Source: Spirochaetales bacterium | Lineage (GTDB): Bacteria > Spirochaetota > GWE2-31-10 > MWDO01 | NCBI GenBank assembly: GCA_017540815.1 | Contig: JAFYAI010000144.1 | Span: 67,705 to 131,704, forward strand | Direction: 5' to 3' | Length of the DNA: 64,000 nucleotides | Position numbers and translations under genes: made by a program | Notes under the pieces: generated by a model | Database searches by the model: none | The model's input: only the letters and a program-made list of their open reading frames with translations | What the model was told of the DNA's origin: nothing | Shown: one piece after another, positions 28,806 through 39,351 of the stretch | Numbering within the stretch: position 1 is the first letter of the stretch | How the letters are laid out: each line of letters starts with the position of its first letter

Positions 28806-30335
28806 TCACTCATTTGTATACCCCGTCAAGAATGCGTCAATTTGTCTTGCACATTCCCGTCCTTCGGCAATAGCCCACACAACAAGCGATTGTCCGCGGT
28901 GCATATCTCCCGCAGTAAAGACTTTTTCCCTGCTTGTGCGGTAATTCTTCGGATTCTGAGTAAGTACAGTGTTGCGGGGACTGACTTCTACGCCGAATGA
29001 CTGCATTGTGTAGTCTTCCGCTCCAAGAAAACCTGCGGCGATTAAGAGCAGGTCGCAGGGCAGTTCTTTTTCGCTGCCTTCGATTTCGCAAAGTTTTCGT
29101 GTGCCATTATCATCGCGGAACTCAACCTGTACAGTAGTGATGCCTATGATTTGCCCGTTGTCAGAATGAACTTCTTTTATCGTAGTCTTGTAAACACGCG
29201 GATCGCTGCCGAACCTGTTGATTGACTCCTGTGCACCATAGTCAACTTTCAGAACTTTGGGCCACTCAGGCCACGGATTGTTTTTTGCCCGTTCCGTCGG
29301 CGGACAAGGCATCATCTCCAGCTGCGTTACGCTTTTGCAGCCCAATCGGATTGCCATTCCGGTGCAGTCGTTGCCGGTATCTCCGCCGCCAAGTATGACT
29401 ACATGTTTGTCTTTCGCAGTGATAAATGTGCCGTCCTGCAGGTTTGACGACAGAAGGCTTTTGGTAACGGACTTCAGCCAGTCCACGGCAAACATAATGC
29501 CGCCTACAAGAGTGCCACATTCCGAGCCGGTTGACGCATCCGTTGTGCTGAGCGTCGCACCTTTTGCGGAGAGCGGGCGAGCTTTCTTTGCACCACAGCA
29601 AAGAGCCACAGCATCATAATCTGCCGTAAGGCGATCGGCATCTTCTTTTGTCTTTATATCAGTATTCATCACAAACTCAACGCCTTCTGCTTGCATAAGC
29701 TCAACCCGGCGGTCGATAACGCTTTTGTCAAGTTTCATATTCGGGATGCCATACATCAGAAGTCCGCCCGGCCTGTCTTCGCGTTCATAAACCGTAACGC
29801 TGTGACCGCGGCGATTAAGCCAGTCTGCAACGGCAAGACCTGAAGGACCGGAACCTATAATGGCAACTTTTTTGCCGCTTCGGTTTTTGGGCACTTGCGG
29901 TTTCATAAATCCTGACTCGAATGCACGCTCGATTATAAACAGTTCGTTATCATGAATTGTGACGCTTTCAGATGTGCTGCCATTGCCGAGGTTACAGGCT
30001 TTTTCGCAAAGAGCCGGACACACGCGTCCTGTGAATTCCGGGAAACTCGAAGTCTTTAGAAGTCTCCACGCTGCCATCTCAAACTGACCTTTGTATAACG
30101 CATCATTCCATTCGGGGATAAAATTGTGCAGCGGACATCCCGTAACCATTCCTTTCAGTTGGATCGCACTCTGGCACATCGGAACTCCGCAGTCCATACA
30201 GCGGGCTGCCTGATGCCTGCGCTCGTTCTCATCCAGCGAAGTGTGGAATTCTTTAAAGTTTAAAATGCGTTCTTCAGGCGGAACACTTTCATTATTTTTC
30301 CTTTGGTAATCTAAAAATCCGGTCGCCTTTCCCAT
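28806..30335 (-). CDS. gltD: glutamate synthase small (NADPH) subunit
   Basis: 4Fe-4S Cys cluster near the N-terminus, two Rossmann motifs (GSGPSGLA..., GGGDTGND). Confidence 0.9.
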   Translation of the reverse strand: MGKATGFLDYQRKNNESVPPEERILNFKEFHTSLDENERRHQAARCMDCGVPMCQSAIQLKGMVTGCPLHNFIPEWNDALYKGQFEMAAWRLLKTSSFPEFTGRVCPALCEKACNLGNGSTSESVTIHDNELFIIERAFESGFMKPQVPKNRSGKKVAIIGSGPSGLAVADWLNRRGHSVTVYEREDRPGGLLMYGIPNMKLDKSVIDRRVELMQAEGVEFVMNTDIKTKEDADRLTADYDAVALCCGAKKARPLSAKGATLSTTDASTGSECGTLVGGIMFAVDWLKSVTKSLLSSNLQDGTFITAKDKHVVILGGGDTGNDCTGMAIRLGCKSVTQLEMMPCPPTERAKNNPWPEWPKVLKVDYGAQESINRFGSDPRVYKTTIKEVHSDNGQIIGITTVQVEFRDDNGTRKLCEIEGSEKELPCDLLLIAAGFLGAEDYTMQSFGVEVSPRNTVLTQNPKNYRTSREKVFTAGDMHRGQSLVVWAIAEGRECARQIDAFLTGYTNE

Positions 30336-30365
30336 GTTTTACTCCTGTTTCTTTCCTCAAACAAA

Positions 30366-33300
30366 TTATGCACCCTGTGTTACGGTCTTAAACGCCTGCA
30401 TCTCAGCATCATCACGACTAAGTCCGCGGCTTTCAGCCAATGCAATTTCCTGCAGTATTCGCTTATAGTCGTTGGGGATAACCTTCTTAAAGTCTCCAAT
30501 TATATTGTCGAAGTCGTCAAGAATGGAGCGACCCAACTCGGAATCTGTCTCTGCGACATGACGCTCAATCAGGTCACGCAAAACTTTTTTGTCTTCCGGT
30601 TCGGTAACTTCTTCAAGACTGACAAGTTCGTGATTGAGTTTTTTGTAAAGCGTGTGATCGCTGTCGTAAACAAAAGCAACTCCGCCGCTCATTCCTGCTG
30701 CAAAGTTTCGCCCAGTCTTACCCAAGATCACAACCGTGCCGCCGGTCATATACTCAAGTCCGTGATCGCCGCAGCCTTCTGCAACAGCATTTGCTCCGGA
30801 GTTTCGCACGCAGAATCTTTCGCCTGCAATGCCGTTTATGTAAGCCTCGCCGCTTGTCGCCCCAAACAATGCAACATTCCCGACGATGATATTTTCCTGT
30901 GCCTTTAATGTAAAGTTCTCGCTCGGCCGCACAACAAGTTTCCCGCCGGAAAGACCTTTACCAAAGTAGTCGTTTGCATCTCCATGCAGATAAAGCGAAA
31001 GCCCTTTCGGAATGAATGCTCCAAACGACTGACCCGCTCCGCCTTCGCAGACAATGCGATATGTATCAGCATCAATTTTTCCGCCGAACCGTTTCTGGAT
31101 CTCGCTTCCCAAGATCGTTCCGAATGCTCTGTCTGTGCTGTGGATTTTGATTGGTACAGTGTTTCCCATTTTTTCTCCTTTTTCAAAAACCGGCAGCAGC
31201 ACTTTTTCGTCTAAAGTTTTTTCAAGTCCAAAATTATACACATCCGACTGAACAAAATGCATTTTGCCGGCATCTCCTGTCTTCGCCAAAATGCGGGACA
31301 CATCAAGCAACGCTGCATGTCCGCCGGCAGGATTTTCCCGGACACTGATAAGCTCAGTTCTTCCAACAAGCTCATCTACTGTGCGAATGCCGAACCTCGC
31401 CATATACTCACGCATCTCCTGTGCGATGAATCTCATAAAATTTTCTACATATTCAGGCTTCCCCGGAAATCTGGCACGGAGTTTTTCATTCTGAGTTGCA
31501 ACTCCGAACGGACAAGTGTCTTTTTGGCAGACTCGCATCATTCGGCAACCCATCGCAATAAGCGGTGCCGTCGCAAAACCAAATTCTTCTGCTCCAAGCA
31601 AAGCGGCGATTATCACATCGCGTCCGCTCATCAGCTTGCCGTCAGTTTCAATCCTCACACGGCTGCGAAGTCCGTTCTGGATCAGAGTCTGATGAGTTTC
31701 TGCCAAACCCAACTCCCACGGCAAGCCGGCGTGGTGAATACTGGAGATAGGAGCAGCTCCGGTTCCGCCATCGTGACCGCTAATCAGGATTACCTGAGCA
31801 CCGGCCTTTGCAACTCCGGCAGCAATAGTTCCGACTCCTGCTTCGCTGACAAGTTTTACGCTGATTCTTGCTGCACGGTTTGCATTTTTCAGGTCATAGA
31901 TCAATTCTGCCAGATCTTCTATAGAATAAATATCGTGATGAGGCGGCGGAGAAATCAAACTTACTCCTGGAGTAGACAGACGAGTGTGAGCAATCCACGG
32001 ATAAACTTTTTTCCCCGGCAAATGTCCGCCCTCACCGGGCTTTGCTCCCTGAGCCATTTTTATCTGGATCTCTTTTGCACTTAACAGATATTCTTCCGTT
32101 ACACCAAAGCGGCCGCTTGCAACCTGCTTAATCGCAGAATTGTATTTCGTACCAAGACGCTTTGGATTTTCGCCGCCTTCGCCGGAGTTTGACTTGCCGT
32201 GCAGACGGTTCATTGCTTCCGCCATACACTTGTGTGCGTCTTCGCTAATCGAGCCGTAACTCATAGCCCCTGTCTTAAACCGCTGCACAATCTCATCGAC
32301 ACTTTCAACTTCATCAATCGGGATTTCTTTTTTACCTTCATAATTAAACTCAAACAAACTTCGCAATGTGTGCGGTCGGCTCTTGTCATCAACCATAGCG
32401 GTGTATTCTTTGAAGCGAGCGTAATCTTCGTTCTGAACAGCCTGCTGCAATGCCACAATCGTTTCCGGCGAATAAAGATGGTCTTCGCAGGTTGTACCGC
32501 GGCGGAACTTGTGCTTCCCAACCGAGTCAAGATGAGTATTCACGCTCAGCCCAAGCGGATCAAATGCGTGATTGTGGTGATACTTAATGTCATCTTCAAT
32601 CTCTTTAAGCGTGATTCCGCCGACACGGCTAACGGTATTTGTAAAATATTTGTCAGTGACTTCTTTTGATATTCCGACTGCTTCAAAAATCTGTGCCGAC
32701 TGATACGATTGTATGGAAGATATACCCATCTTTGCTGCGATTTTTACAACACCGCTTAGAAGTGCCTTGTTATAATCGTCAATCGCCGTGTGATAATCTT
32801 TGTCGAGCAGCTTTTGGTCGATAAGTTCTGCAATGCACTCGTGGGCAAGATACGGATTGACGGCTCGTGCTCCGTAGCCCAGACACATTGCCGCCTGATG
32901 AACATCGCGGACTTCTGCACTTTCCAGGATTATAGAGATCTTTGTCCGCTTTTTTGTGCGAATCAGATACTGCTCCACTGCACTTACCGCAAGCAGCGAC
33001 GGGATCGCAGCATGACTTTCGTCAACTCCGCGGTCAGACAGGATTATGATATTACAGCCTTCATGATAACATTTTTCGATCTCGTTAAAAACGCCGTCAA
33101 TCGCAGACTCAAGCGAAGTATTTTTATAAAATAAAATCGATACTGTCGCCGCTTTATAACCGGGTTTATCGAGTGCCTTAATCTTTATCGTATCAACTCC
33201 TGTCAAGATCGGATTATTAATCTCCAGCACGATACAGTTTTCACTTTTTGCTTCGAGCAGATTACCGTCGCTTCCTACATAAACTGTTGTGTCTGTAACG

Positions 33301-34934
33301 ATTTTTTCCCGCAGAGAATCAATCGGCGGATTTGTAACCTGCGCAAAAAGCTGCTTGAAGTAAGAATAAAGCGGCGGATGCTTATCAGACAAAACCGCAA
33401 GCGGAGTATCCACACCCATGCTCGCTGTCGGCTCTACTCCGTCACGTGCCATCGGCAAAACCATTTCATTTACATCTTCATAATTCCAGCCGAATGCACG
33501 GTACATGATGTTGCGTTCGTCCTGTGTATAAACAGGGATTTTTTTGTTTGGGATCTTCAGATCGCTCAAATGAAGCAGATTTCTGTCAAGCCACTCGCCA
33601 TAAGGATGAAGTGATGCGTAATATTTTTTGCATTCTTCGTCAGAGATAATCCGCTTGCTGACAGTGTCCACAAGCAGAATACGGCCGGGCATAAGCCGTG
33701 ATTTTTTGACGATTTTTTCTTCCGGTATATCAAGCACACCGACTTCACTTGCCAAAATGAGCATATTGTCATTTGTGATATAATAACGGCTCGGTCGAAG
33801 TCCGTTCCTGTCAAGCGTTGCACCAAGCAAATCTCCGTCGCTGAACAAAATGGCAGCAGGTCCGTCCCAGCTTTCCATCATCGTAGCGTAATAATGATAA
33901 AAATCCTTTTTATCGGAATCCATAGCACTGTCGTTTTTCCATGCTTCAGGAATGCACATCATTATAGCAAGCGGAAGCGGTGTTCCGTTCATCATAAGGA
34001 ATTCAAGAGTATTGTCAAGCATTGCCGAATCACTTCCGTTAGTGTCTACTGCCGGAAGGATCTTCTTCATCTCGTCCTCCGCAATAATGTCTGAATGCAG
34101 AGTTTCTTCGCGGGAAAGCATTCTGTCAACATTTCCGCGGATTGTATTGATCTCTCCGTTATGGGCGATCAGCCGGTTTGGATGAGCCCTGTGCCAGCTG
34201 GGCTGCGTATTTGTACTGAATCGAGAATGAACAAGAGCAAGTGCACTCTTAAACTTTGGTGACTGTAAGTCTTTGTAAAAAAGGCGCAGCTGAGCAACCA
34301 AAAACATCCCCTTATAAACAATCGTGCGGCTGCTTAACGAACATACATAAGCGGCTCCTGCCGGGAAACTTTTCTCAAAGTGCCGTCTTAAAATATAAAG
34401 CTTACGGTCAAAATCAATGCCCTTCGCACAATTCTCAGGACGGGCAACAAAGCACTGCATAATGACCGGCATACAGCTGCGGGCTTTTTCACCCAGAACT
34501 TCTTCGGCAATCGGGACATGCCGCCAGCCCAAAAATCTCAAATCCTCTTTTTGGCAAAGATTTTCAAAAAGTTTCATCGTCTTACTTCTTGCAAAACCGT
34601 CGCCTGACAAAAAGAACATTCCAACGCCATAATCGCGTTCATCGCCAATACTGCTGCAAACCGATCCGTTACTGCCGACAATTTCACCGTTCACAGCAGC
34701 TCCGGAAAAAAACTCATGCGGGATCTGTACTAAAATACCTACACCGTCACCTGTTTCGCCCGAAGCATCTTTGCCGGCACGATGTTCGAGTTTCTCTACG
34801 ATAGACAGTGCATTGTCCACAACCGTGTAACTTTTAATCCCGTCGATGCTGACGATCGCCCCAATTCCACAAGCATCGTGTTCAAAAGAAGGTTCATATA
34901 AAGTTTTTGCATTCTGATAATTATGATTTTCCAT
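30366..34934 (-). CDS. gltB: glutamate synthase large subunit
   Basis: Start taken at MENHNYQNAKTLYEPSFEHDACGIG (N-terminal amidotransferase Cys), ATG at 34934. The ORF-track extension to 35240 runs into the divergent lysR promoter. FMN and GXGXG domains present. Confidence 0.9.
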   Translation of the reverse strand: MENHNYQNAKTLYEPSFEHDACGIGAIVSIDGIKSYTVVDNALSIVEKLEHRAGKDASGETGDGVGILVQIPHEFFSGAAVNGEIVGSNGSVCSSIGDERDYGVGMFFLSGDGFARSKTMKLFENLCQKEDLRFLGWRHVPIAEEVLGEKARSCMPVIMQCFVARPENCAKGIDFDRKLYILRRHFEKSFPAGAAYVCSLSSRTIVYKGMFLVAQLRLFYKDLQSPKFKSALALVHSRFSTNTQPSWHRAHPNRLIAHNGEINTIRGNVDRMLSREETLHSDIIAEDEMKKILPAVDTNGSDSAMLDNTLEFLMMNGTPLPLAIMMCIPEAWKNDSAMDSDKKDFYHYYATMMESWDGPAAILFSDGDLLGATLDRNGLRPSRYYITNDNMLILASEVGVLDIPEEKIVKKSRLMPGRILLVDTVSKRIISDEECKKYYASLHPYGEWLDRNLLHLSDLKIPNKKIPVYTQDERNIMYRAFGWNYEDVNEMVLPMARDGVEPTASMGVDTPLAVLSDKHPPLYSYFKQLFAQVTNPPIDSLREKIVTDTTVYVGSDGNLLEAKSENCIVLEINNPILTGVDTIKIKALDKPGYKAATVSILFYKNTSLESAIDGVFNEIEKCYHEGCNIIILSDRGVDESHAAIPSLLAVSAVEQYLIRTKKRTKISIILESAEVRDVHQAAMCLGYGARAVNPYLAHECIAELIDQKLLDKDYHTAIDDYNKALLSGVVKIAAKMGISSIQSYQSAQIFEAVGISKEVTDKYFTNTVSRVGGITLKEIEDDIKYHHNHAFDPLGLSVNTHLDSVGKHKFRRGTTCEDHLYSPETIVALQQAVQNEDYARFKEYTAMVDDKSRPHTLRSLFEFNYEGKKEIPIDEVESVDEIVQRFKTGAMSYGSISEDAHKCMAEAMNRLHGKSNSGEGGENPKRLGTKYNSAIKQVASGRFGVTEEYLLSAKEIQIKMAQGAKPGEGGHLPGKKVYPWIAHTRLSTPGVSLISPPPHHDIYSIEDLAELIYDLKNANRAARISVKLVSEAGVGTIAAGVAKAGAQVILISGHDGGTGAAPISSIHHAGLPWELGLAETHQTLIQNGLRSRVRIETDGKLMSGRDVIIAALLGAEEFGFATAPLIAMGCRMMRVCQKDTCPFGVATQNEKLRARFPGKPEYVENFMRFIAQEMREYMARFGIRTVDELVGRTELISVRENPAGGHAALLDVSRILAKTGDAGKMHFVQSDVYNFGLEKTLDEKVLLPVFEKGEKMGNTVPIKIHSTDRAFGTILGSEIQKRFGGKIDADTYRIVCEGGAGQSFGAFIPKGLSLYLHGDANDYFGKGLSGGKLVVRPSENFTLKAQENIIVGNVALFGATSGEAYINGIAGERFCVRNSGANAVAEGCGDHGLEYMTGGTVVILGKTGRNFAAGMSGGVAFVYDSDHTLYKKLNHELVSLEEVTEPEDKKVLRDLIERHVAETDSELGRSILDDFDNIIGDFKKVIPNDYKRILQEIALAESRGLSRDDAEMQAFKTVTQGA

Positions 34935-35007
34935 TTCACAATCCTTATCCGTAGTGACGGTTCTTTTTATCTTGAAATTATTATAAACTTTTAATAAAAA
35001 AAATAAA

Positions 35008-35023
35008 AATACTATTATTATTG
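35008..35023 (+). promoter_or_regulatory. copy A of the conserved motif AAATACTATTATTATTG, 74 nt upstream of gltB and 45 nt upstream of the divergent lysR
   Basis: Identical 16-17-mer also at 50230 and 52483, each upstream of a nitrogen-assimilation transcription unit. Confidence 0.55.
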
Positions 35024-35067
35024 ACAAACTATGCAAAAAAAGTATATTATATATGTGAGGATTTTCT

Positions 35068-35961
35068 ATGGAGTTACGACATATAAAATATTTTCTTGCA
35101 GTAGCAGAAGAACAAAACATTACAAAGGCTTCGGAAAAGATTTGCATTTCACAGCCGCCTTTAAGTCGGGCTTTGATGGACTTGGAATACGAACTGAACT
35201 GCAAACTTTTTATCCGCGGGAAAAGGCGGATCACTCTCACCGAAGAAGGTCTTGCTCTAAAGCGGCGCGGCGAACAGCTGCTTGCCCTTGCCGAAATGAC
35301 AAAATCAGAGATTACCGAAATTAAAAACGGAATCAGCGGAACTCTGCATTTGGGACATGTTGACTCGAACGGACCGAGTCTTGCCGCTCAATGGATCTCT
35401 TCTTTCAAAAAGAAATATCCCACCGTCACTTACAATTTGTGGTGCGGCAATGTTGACGATCTTACCGACAGAATGAAAGCAGGTCTGATCGATCTTGCCA
35501 TAACGATGACACCGATGAACACGGAACTTTTAAACGGCATTAAAGTCTATTCCGAAAACTGGGTCGCCATCATTCCGCCGGGACACAAGCTTGCTCAGAA
35601 CAGGAAAAAGTCCGTGAGCATAGAAGAACTTATCGGGAATGACCTGATTATTTCTTCAAGGAAAAGCCGCGAAGAAGAAATCCGTGAATGGTTCAAAAGC
35701 ACAAATAAAGAGCCGCATTTTGTGGTAAAAACTGCCCATTCGTCAAATGCCGCAAAACTCGTCGAACAGGACATTGGTATCGCACTTTTCCCGGCCTCCG
35801 TTGCCAAAAATGTTACGGCAGGCTCTGAAGTCGTGATCAAAAAAATCACACCCGAAAAAACAGTGGAATACTATCTGTCTTGGATTAAAGAAAAATCCCA
35901 AAGCCTTCTTGCTCAGAAGTTTGTCCAGCATGTGCAGGATTTGGTGGGGGGAGAGGAGTAA
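35068..35961 (+). CDS. LysR-family transcriptional regulator, GltC-like by position (divergent from gltBD)
   Basis: N-terminal HTH MELRHIKYFLAVAEEQNITKASEKICISQPPLSRAL, then a LysR substrate-binding domain. 297 aa. Confidence 0.85.
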   Translation: MELRHIKYFLAVAEEQNITKASEKICISQPPLSRALMDLEYELNCKLFIRGKRRITLTEEGLALKRRGEQLLALAEMTKSEITEIKNGISGTLHLGHVDSNGPSLAAQWISSFKKKYPTVTYNLWCGNVDDLTDRMKAGLIDLAITMTPMNTELLNGIKVYSENWVAIIPPGHKLAQNRKKSVSIEELIGNDLIISSRKSREEEIREWFKSTNKEPHFVVKTAHSSNAAKLVEQDIGIALFPASVAKNVTAGSEVVIKKITPEKTVEYYLSWIKEKSQSLLAQKFVQHVQDLVGGEE

Positions 35962-35997
35962 AGACCTCACCCCTGCCTAGCTTTACCCGCTATAAAC

Positions 35998-36441
35998 TTA
36001 TAAAGATTTACATAAAAACATTTCCATAGGTTGTTCATAGCCTGAGAGATTCATTATTATTCCGCCACAGTCTTGATAACCAAGTTTTCTGTAAAAATGC
36101 TGTGCTGATTCATCAACTTGAGTAGATGTTAATACTATTCCATAGCCTTGATGTTTCATATCGTTTTCCCAATGATTTATAAGTAAAGAACCATATCCTT
36201 TTTTCTGTTCATTCCAGTCTATAAAAAGCAAAGTGCAAAATGGCGTATTATCCCAAAAAAGATTATATCTTAAAATTCCAACTGGTTTTTCATTCACATA
36301 AAGAACATATCCTTGTTTGTCTCGTATCTTTTTTTCAAATTCCGCTTCCGGCAAATGATTGTCTAATTTATACCAGAATTCTTTGTCCTCTTTTTTGACA
36401 TATTCTATTTTGGTCATTTTTTCCTTCTTGATCCAGTGCAC
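35998..36441 (-). CDS. GNAT-family N-acetyltransferase
   Basis: 147 aa. Acetyl-CoA motif ...QKKGYGSLLINHWENDMKHQGYGIVL... Confidence 0.7.
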   Translation of the reverse strand: MHWIKKEKMTKIEYVKKEDKEFWYKLDNHLPEAEFEKKIRDKQGYVLYVNEKPVGILRYNLFWDNTPFCTLLFIDWNEQKKGYGSLLINHWENDMKHQGYGIVLTSTQVDESAQHFYRKLGYQDCGGIIMNLSGYEQPMEMFLCKSL

Positions 36442-36448
36442 GCGTTAT

Positions 36449-37843
36449 CTACTTTATTGCCCAATGTCCCGTCTTTTTAGAACCTTCTCGCTCTATAATT
36501 CCTTTTTCACGAAGTGATTTTATTGCTCTGCTGACTGTCGGCATTGAAAATCTTGTAAGCCATGCTATTTCATCGGTTTTAATTAAAGGATTCTTTTTTA
36601 TTTCTTCCAAAACAGCGTTCTCTGATTCCGAAAGATTTAATCTATCATTTATTCTATCATTTATTCTATCAATACTGTCATTTAATCTATCATTTAATTT
36701 ATCATCATTACAATTTAATCTGTCATCTATCAGATTATTTTTTTCTGAATCAAAGAAAAATACCACATGAAAGAAGTTTGGCGAGATGTGGAAAATGTCA
36801 GGTTTATAGACATTCATCATGCGATTCATGCCACTGCCTAGTTGCTCCACAAATTCGGCATCTTTGAATACTCTCATTAATTCACGGTTTCGTGGGCGAG
36901 AAATACCACTTGTAAGTTCCTCTTGTGTCATACCATCTATAAGACCGCCGTAATTGGTAATTTCAAGACGGTCACTGAACAACTCAAAAACAGGTGTCAT
37001 CAAATCTGTATAATCGTTATGGACAAAGGCGTTAATGACCGCTTCTCTCATAGCGACAGAATCATACATTTGCTTTTCTATACGAAATTTATCTGTAATC
37101 TTTGTAAAGGTCTTATTTTCAATGCGAAGTTTGTCCAAAACTCTGTCTGTTGCCTTCAAAAGGGAACAATAACCGAGTTCTTCATTTTCAATTAAGTCCA
37201 CTTTATTTGTTCCTGCATATTTCGCAAATTTGATAGAAACACCATTTTCATCAGCCAGCAGATAAGCAAGAATGTTGTATTTTCCGTTAGGCGTATAAAA
37301 TTCAAGTGTCTTTGCAAATTCGGCATTCAGATTCTTTCCATGTTCCTCATAATAAATCCGCAACTGATTGAAAGTTAAATCCTGACGAGGTGCTTCAATT
37401 ACACGCAAGTTGCATCTTGTTCTGCGTGCAAAAAGATTTTCAATCATTTGTACCGAAAGGCTTTGCGTTTGACTTCCGATGCGTATAAAACAGCCATCGG
37501 GAGTCATTCCTTTTTGCTTTAAGTAATATGGCTTTTCGGTACCGCTTGAAACAATGACTTTGATATAGTACAGCGGATTTTTATCGTAAGTTTGTTCAAG
37601 AATTACATCGTATAAGCCTAAAGTTTCAGGAGCAATGTTGTTTTTAATTCTATCCGCAATTTGCAGTTGAACTTCATCGGGTTTTTCAACACCAATAATT
37701 TCACCATCATCGTTTACCCCAATGTAAATCGTGCCACCAGTGGAACTATTGAGCAATGCTACAATACTACGCTCAAAACGGTCGTTCAATATAAGTTTGT
37801 ACTCATAAAATTTTGATTCTGGATTTAGAATATGCTTGCTCAT
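36449..37843 (-). CDS. Schlafen/AlbA_2 + HATPase_c_4 + C-terminal wHTH protein (often annotated as putative transcriptional regulator or RecG-related ATP-binding protein)
   Basis: AlbA_2 signature VALLNSSTGGTIYIGVNDDGEIIGV. HATPase_c_4 block REAVINAFVHNDYTD...LEITNYGGL. C-terminal PTVSRAIKSLREKGII. Confidence 0.75.
   Translation of the reverse strand: MSKHILNPESKFYEYKLILNDRFERSIVALLNSSTGGTIYIGVNDDGEIIGVEKPDEVQLQIADRIKNNIAPETLGLYDVILEQTYDKNPLYYIKVIVSSGTEKPYYLKQKGMTPDGCFIRIGSQTQSLSVQMIENLFARRTRCNLRVIEAPRQDLTFNQLRIYYEEHGKNLNAEFAKTLEFYTPNGKYNILAYLLADENGVSIKFAKYAGTNKVDLIENEELGYCSLLKATDRVLDKLRIENKTFTKITDKFRIEKQMYDSVAMREAVINAFVHNDYTDLMTPVFELFSDRLEITNYGGLIDGMTQEELTSGISRPRNRELMRVFKDAEFVEQLGSGMNRMMNVYKPDIFHISPNFFHVVFFFDSEKNNLIDDRLNCNDDKLNDRLNDSIDRINDRINDRLNLSESENAVLEEIKKNPLIKTDEIAWLTRFSMPTVSRAIKSLREKGIIEREGSKKTGHWAIK
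36634..36733. repeat. 12-bp tandem repeat (about 7-8 units, consensus atttattctatc / atttaatctatc) inside the Schlafen-like CDS, encoding (DRLN/DRIN)n
   Basis: Seen directly. All units are multiples of 3 nt and therefore in-frame. Confidence 0.8.
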
Positions 37844-37908
37844 TGTTGACCACCAAATTATTTTCGATTTCTTATTCTACTGCAAATATATATTTTTGCT
37901 TTGACTAA

Positions 37909-38637
37909 TCATTTCTCTTCAAACAGTTCCTTAATATAATGGCGTAAGGATTGTAAGGATTGATCTATACTTTTGGAATAGACAAAACCATTAAGATAAT
38001 CTCTTTTTAAATCAAGTGGAAGCACATCCTTGTATTTTTCAATTACGGATATCATCTCACGTGCGTCCTCAAAATCGTCATTGTAAAACTTGAATTCCTT
38101 GTTTCCGAATTTATAAGAAACATATACTTTGTATCTATAAGGGTGCCTATTAGTGGTTCCGTGGCCGGGAGATTTCAGTATCTTCTTGAATCCGACCTGT
38201 ATGCTTTCAGCTTCGGCAAGATTATAATTTTTTGACAAGTATTCTGTAATGAACCTGCTTTTCACAGTTTCGTCATAAAGTTCCGAGCGGCAAAAAAACG
38301 GTGTGACAAAGCAAGATAAAAATAAAATCAGACCTGCAATAAAAAGCGGCCGCCTCTTTTCTTTCCATGGTTTTTTACTCCATGAATTTGGAAGAAGCCC
38401 CATTTCCCCGCACGCCTCACCAATCACAAAAGTGACAAAAATCAAAAAAATATATCCAAGATATTTGAGCCACGAAGGGTGAACAGCAAGAGCGTCCGAT
38501 GTGGCAAACACGATTTTCTTCTGAATCGGATTGTAGACGAACATGTAAACCGGTATTGCAAAAAAAGACAAAAAAACAGGATCTTTAATAAATCTTTTCT
38601 TCGGTTTTTCTTCCGTTGGTCCGGTAATATATTCCAT
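37909..38637 (-). CDS. hypothetical membrane protein (3-4 TM helices)
   Basis: 242-aa ORF. Hydrophobic segments in the N-terminal 120 aa. 10-nt gap to the upstream ORF. Confidence 0.55.
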   Translation of the reverse strand: MEYITGPTEEKPKKRFIKDPVFLSFFAIPVYMFVYNPIQKKIVFATSDALAVHPSWLKYLGYIFLIFVTFVIGEACGEMGLLPNSWSKKPWKEKRRPLFIAGLILFLSCFVTPFFCRSELYDETVKSRFITEYLSKNYNLAEAESIQVGFKKILKSPGHGTTNRHPYRYKVYVSYKFGNKEFKFYNDDFEDAREMISVIEKYKDVLPLDLKRDYLNGFVYSKSIDQSLQSLRHYIKELFEEK

Positions 38638-38646
38638 AGTATCCTC

Positions 38647-39351
38647 CTATTCAGACTCAACAGGTGACGGGTATAACGATTCATAAGTGGAAAAATCCTC
38701 TGTGGAATCTTTGGAAGAGGTGTCCCGAATATCTTGCAGCCAATCGTCGTTCCAATACTCATCGTAATCGTTTTCGTAATCGTTGTCGGAAAATTCACTG
38801 GAAGGCTTCATCTCGTCCATCAATTCCTTGATGGAAACGTTTTCAGAAGCCGGATGCAGAATCTTCTGAAAATCGGCGTCCGCCAACGACGAAATGCCCG
38901 GCATAACAAGCCAGCCCAACGCCAGTGCATATAAAATGGAAGCAACAGAGTGTCGCAAAGGAGAAATCATCTTCCACGGCTTGTTTTTTTTCACCCGAAT
39001 CGTACACGGACCCGCGACAGGATTATAGCCCGGAAGATTGCTCATAAGAGTAGGAGTTGAAATATACAGTTTATCGTCCACAATATAGCGGTATGTAGGA
39101 ACCTTCAATCTTGGAATATAAAACTTAAAATACCCATGACCGATGTTGCGAGCTTGCCCTGTCACCGTCGCATCCTTTATGTTGAAGAGCTCAGCGTCAA
39201 CCTTCCGTGTTCCAAAGCCCAGAAGCGGCAGTTCAATAAACAGACCTATAAAAAACTGAATAAGAACTATCAGCATCCAAGTTATATTACTGTCTTTCAC
39301 ATAAGAATACAAAAGCGTAGCAAGAAATCCTTTTATAACCGCTATAATCAT
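38647..39351 (-). CDS. DUF3592-like membrane protein with an acidic C-terminal tail
   Basis: TM-beta-rich-TM layout with VAGPCTIRVKKNKPWKMIS motif. C-terminal 60 aa very acidic. Start overlaps the upstream stop. Confidence 0.55.
   Translation of the reverse strand: MIIAVIKGFLATLLYSYVKDSNITWMLIVLIQFFIGLFIELPLLGFGTRKVDAELFNIKDATVTGQARNIGHGYFKFYIPRLKVPTYRYIVDDKLYISTPTLMSNLPGYNPVAGPCTIRVKKNKPWKMISPLRHSVASILYALALGWLVMPGISSLADADFQKILHPASENVSIKELMDEMKPSSEFSDNDYENDYDEYWNDDWLQDIRDTSSKDSTEDFSTYESLYPSPVESE

Noticed and set aside
31257-32084. 275-aa plus-strand ORF inside gltB
   Set aside because: Antisense to a highly conserved glutamate synthase large-subunit coding region, with no motif support. The same reasoning applies to 59461..60420 (antisense of the P-type ATPase), 44030..44575 and 45533..45874 (antisense of carB), and 293..658 (antisense of OTC).
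34935-35240. 306-nt N-terminal extension of the gltB ORF in the six-frame track
   Set aside because: The conserved amidotransferase N-terminus (…FEHDACGIG) starts at the internal Met (ATG 34934). The extension would run through the lysR promoter and the conserved regulatory motif.
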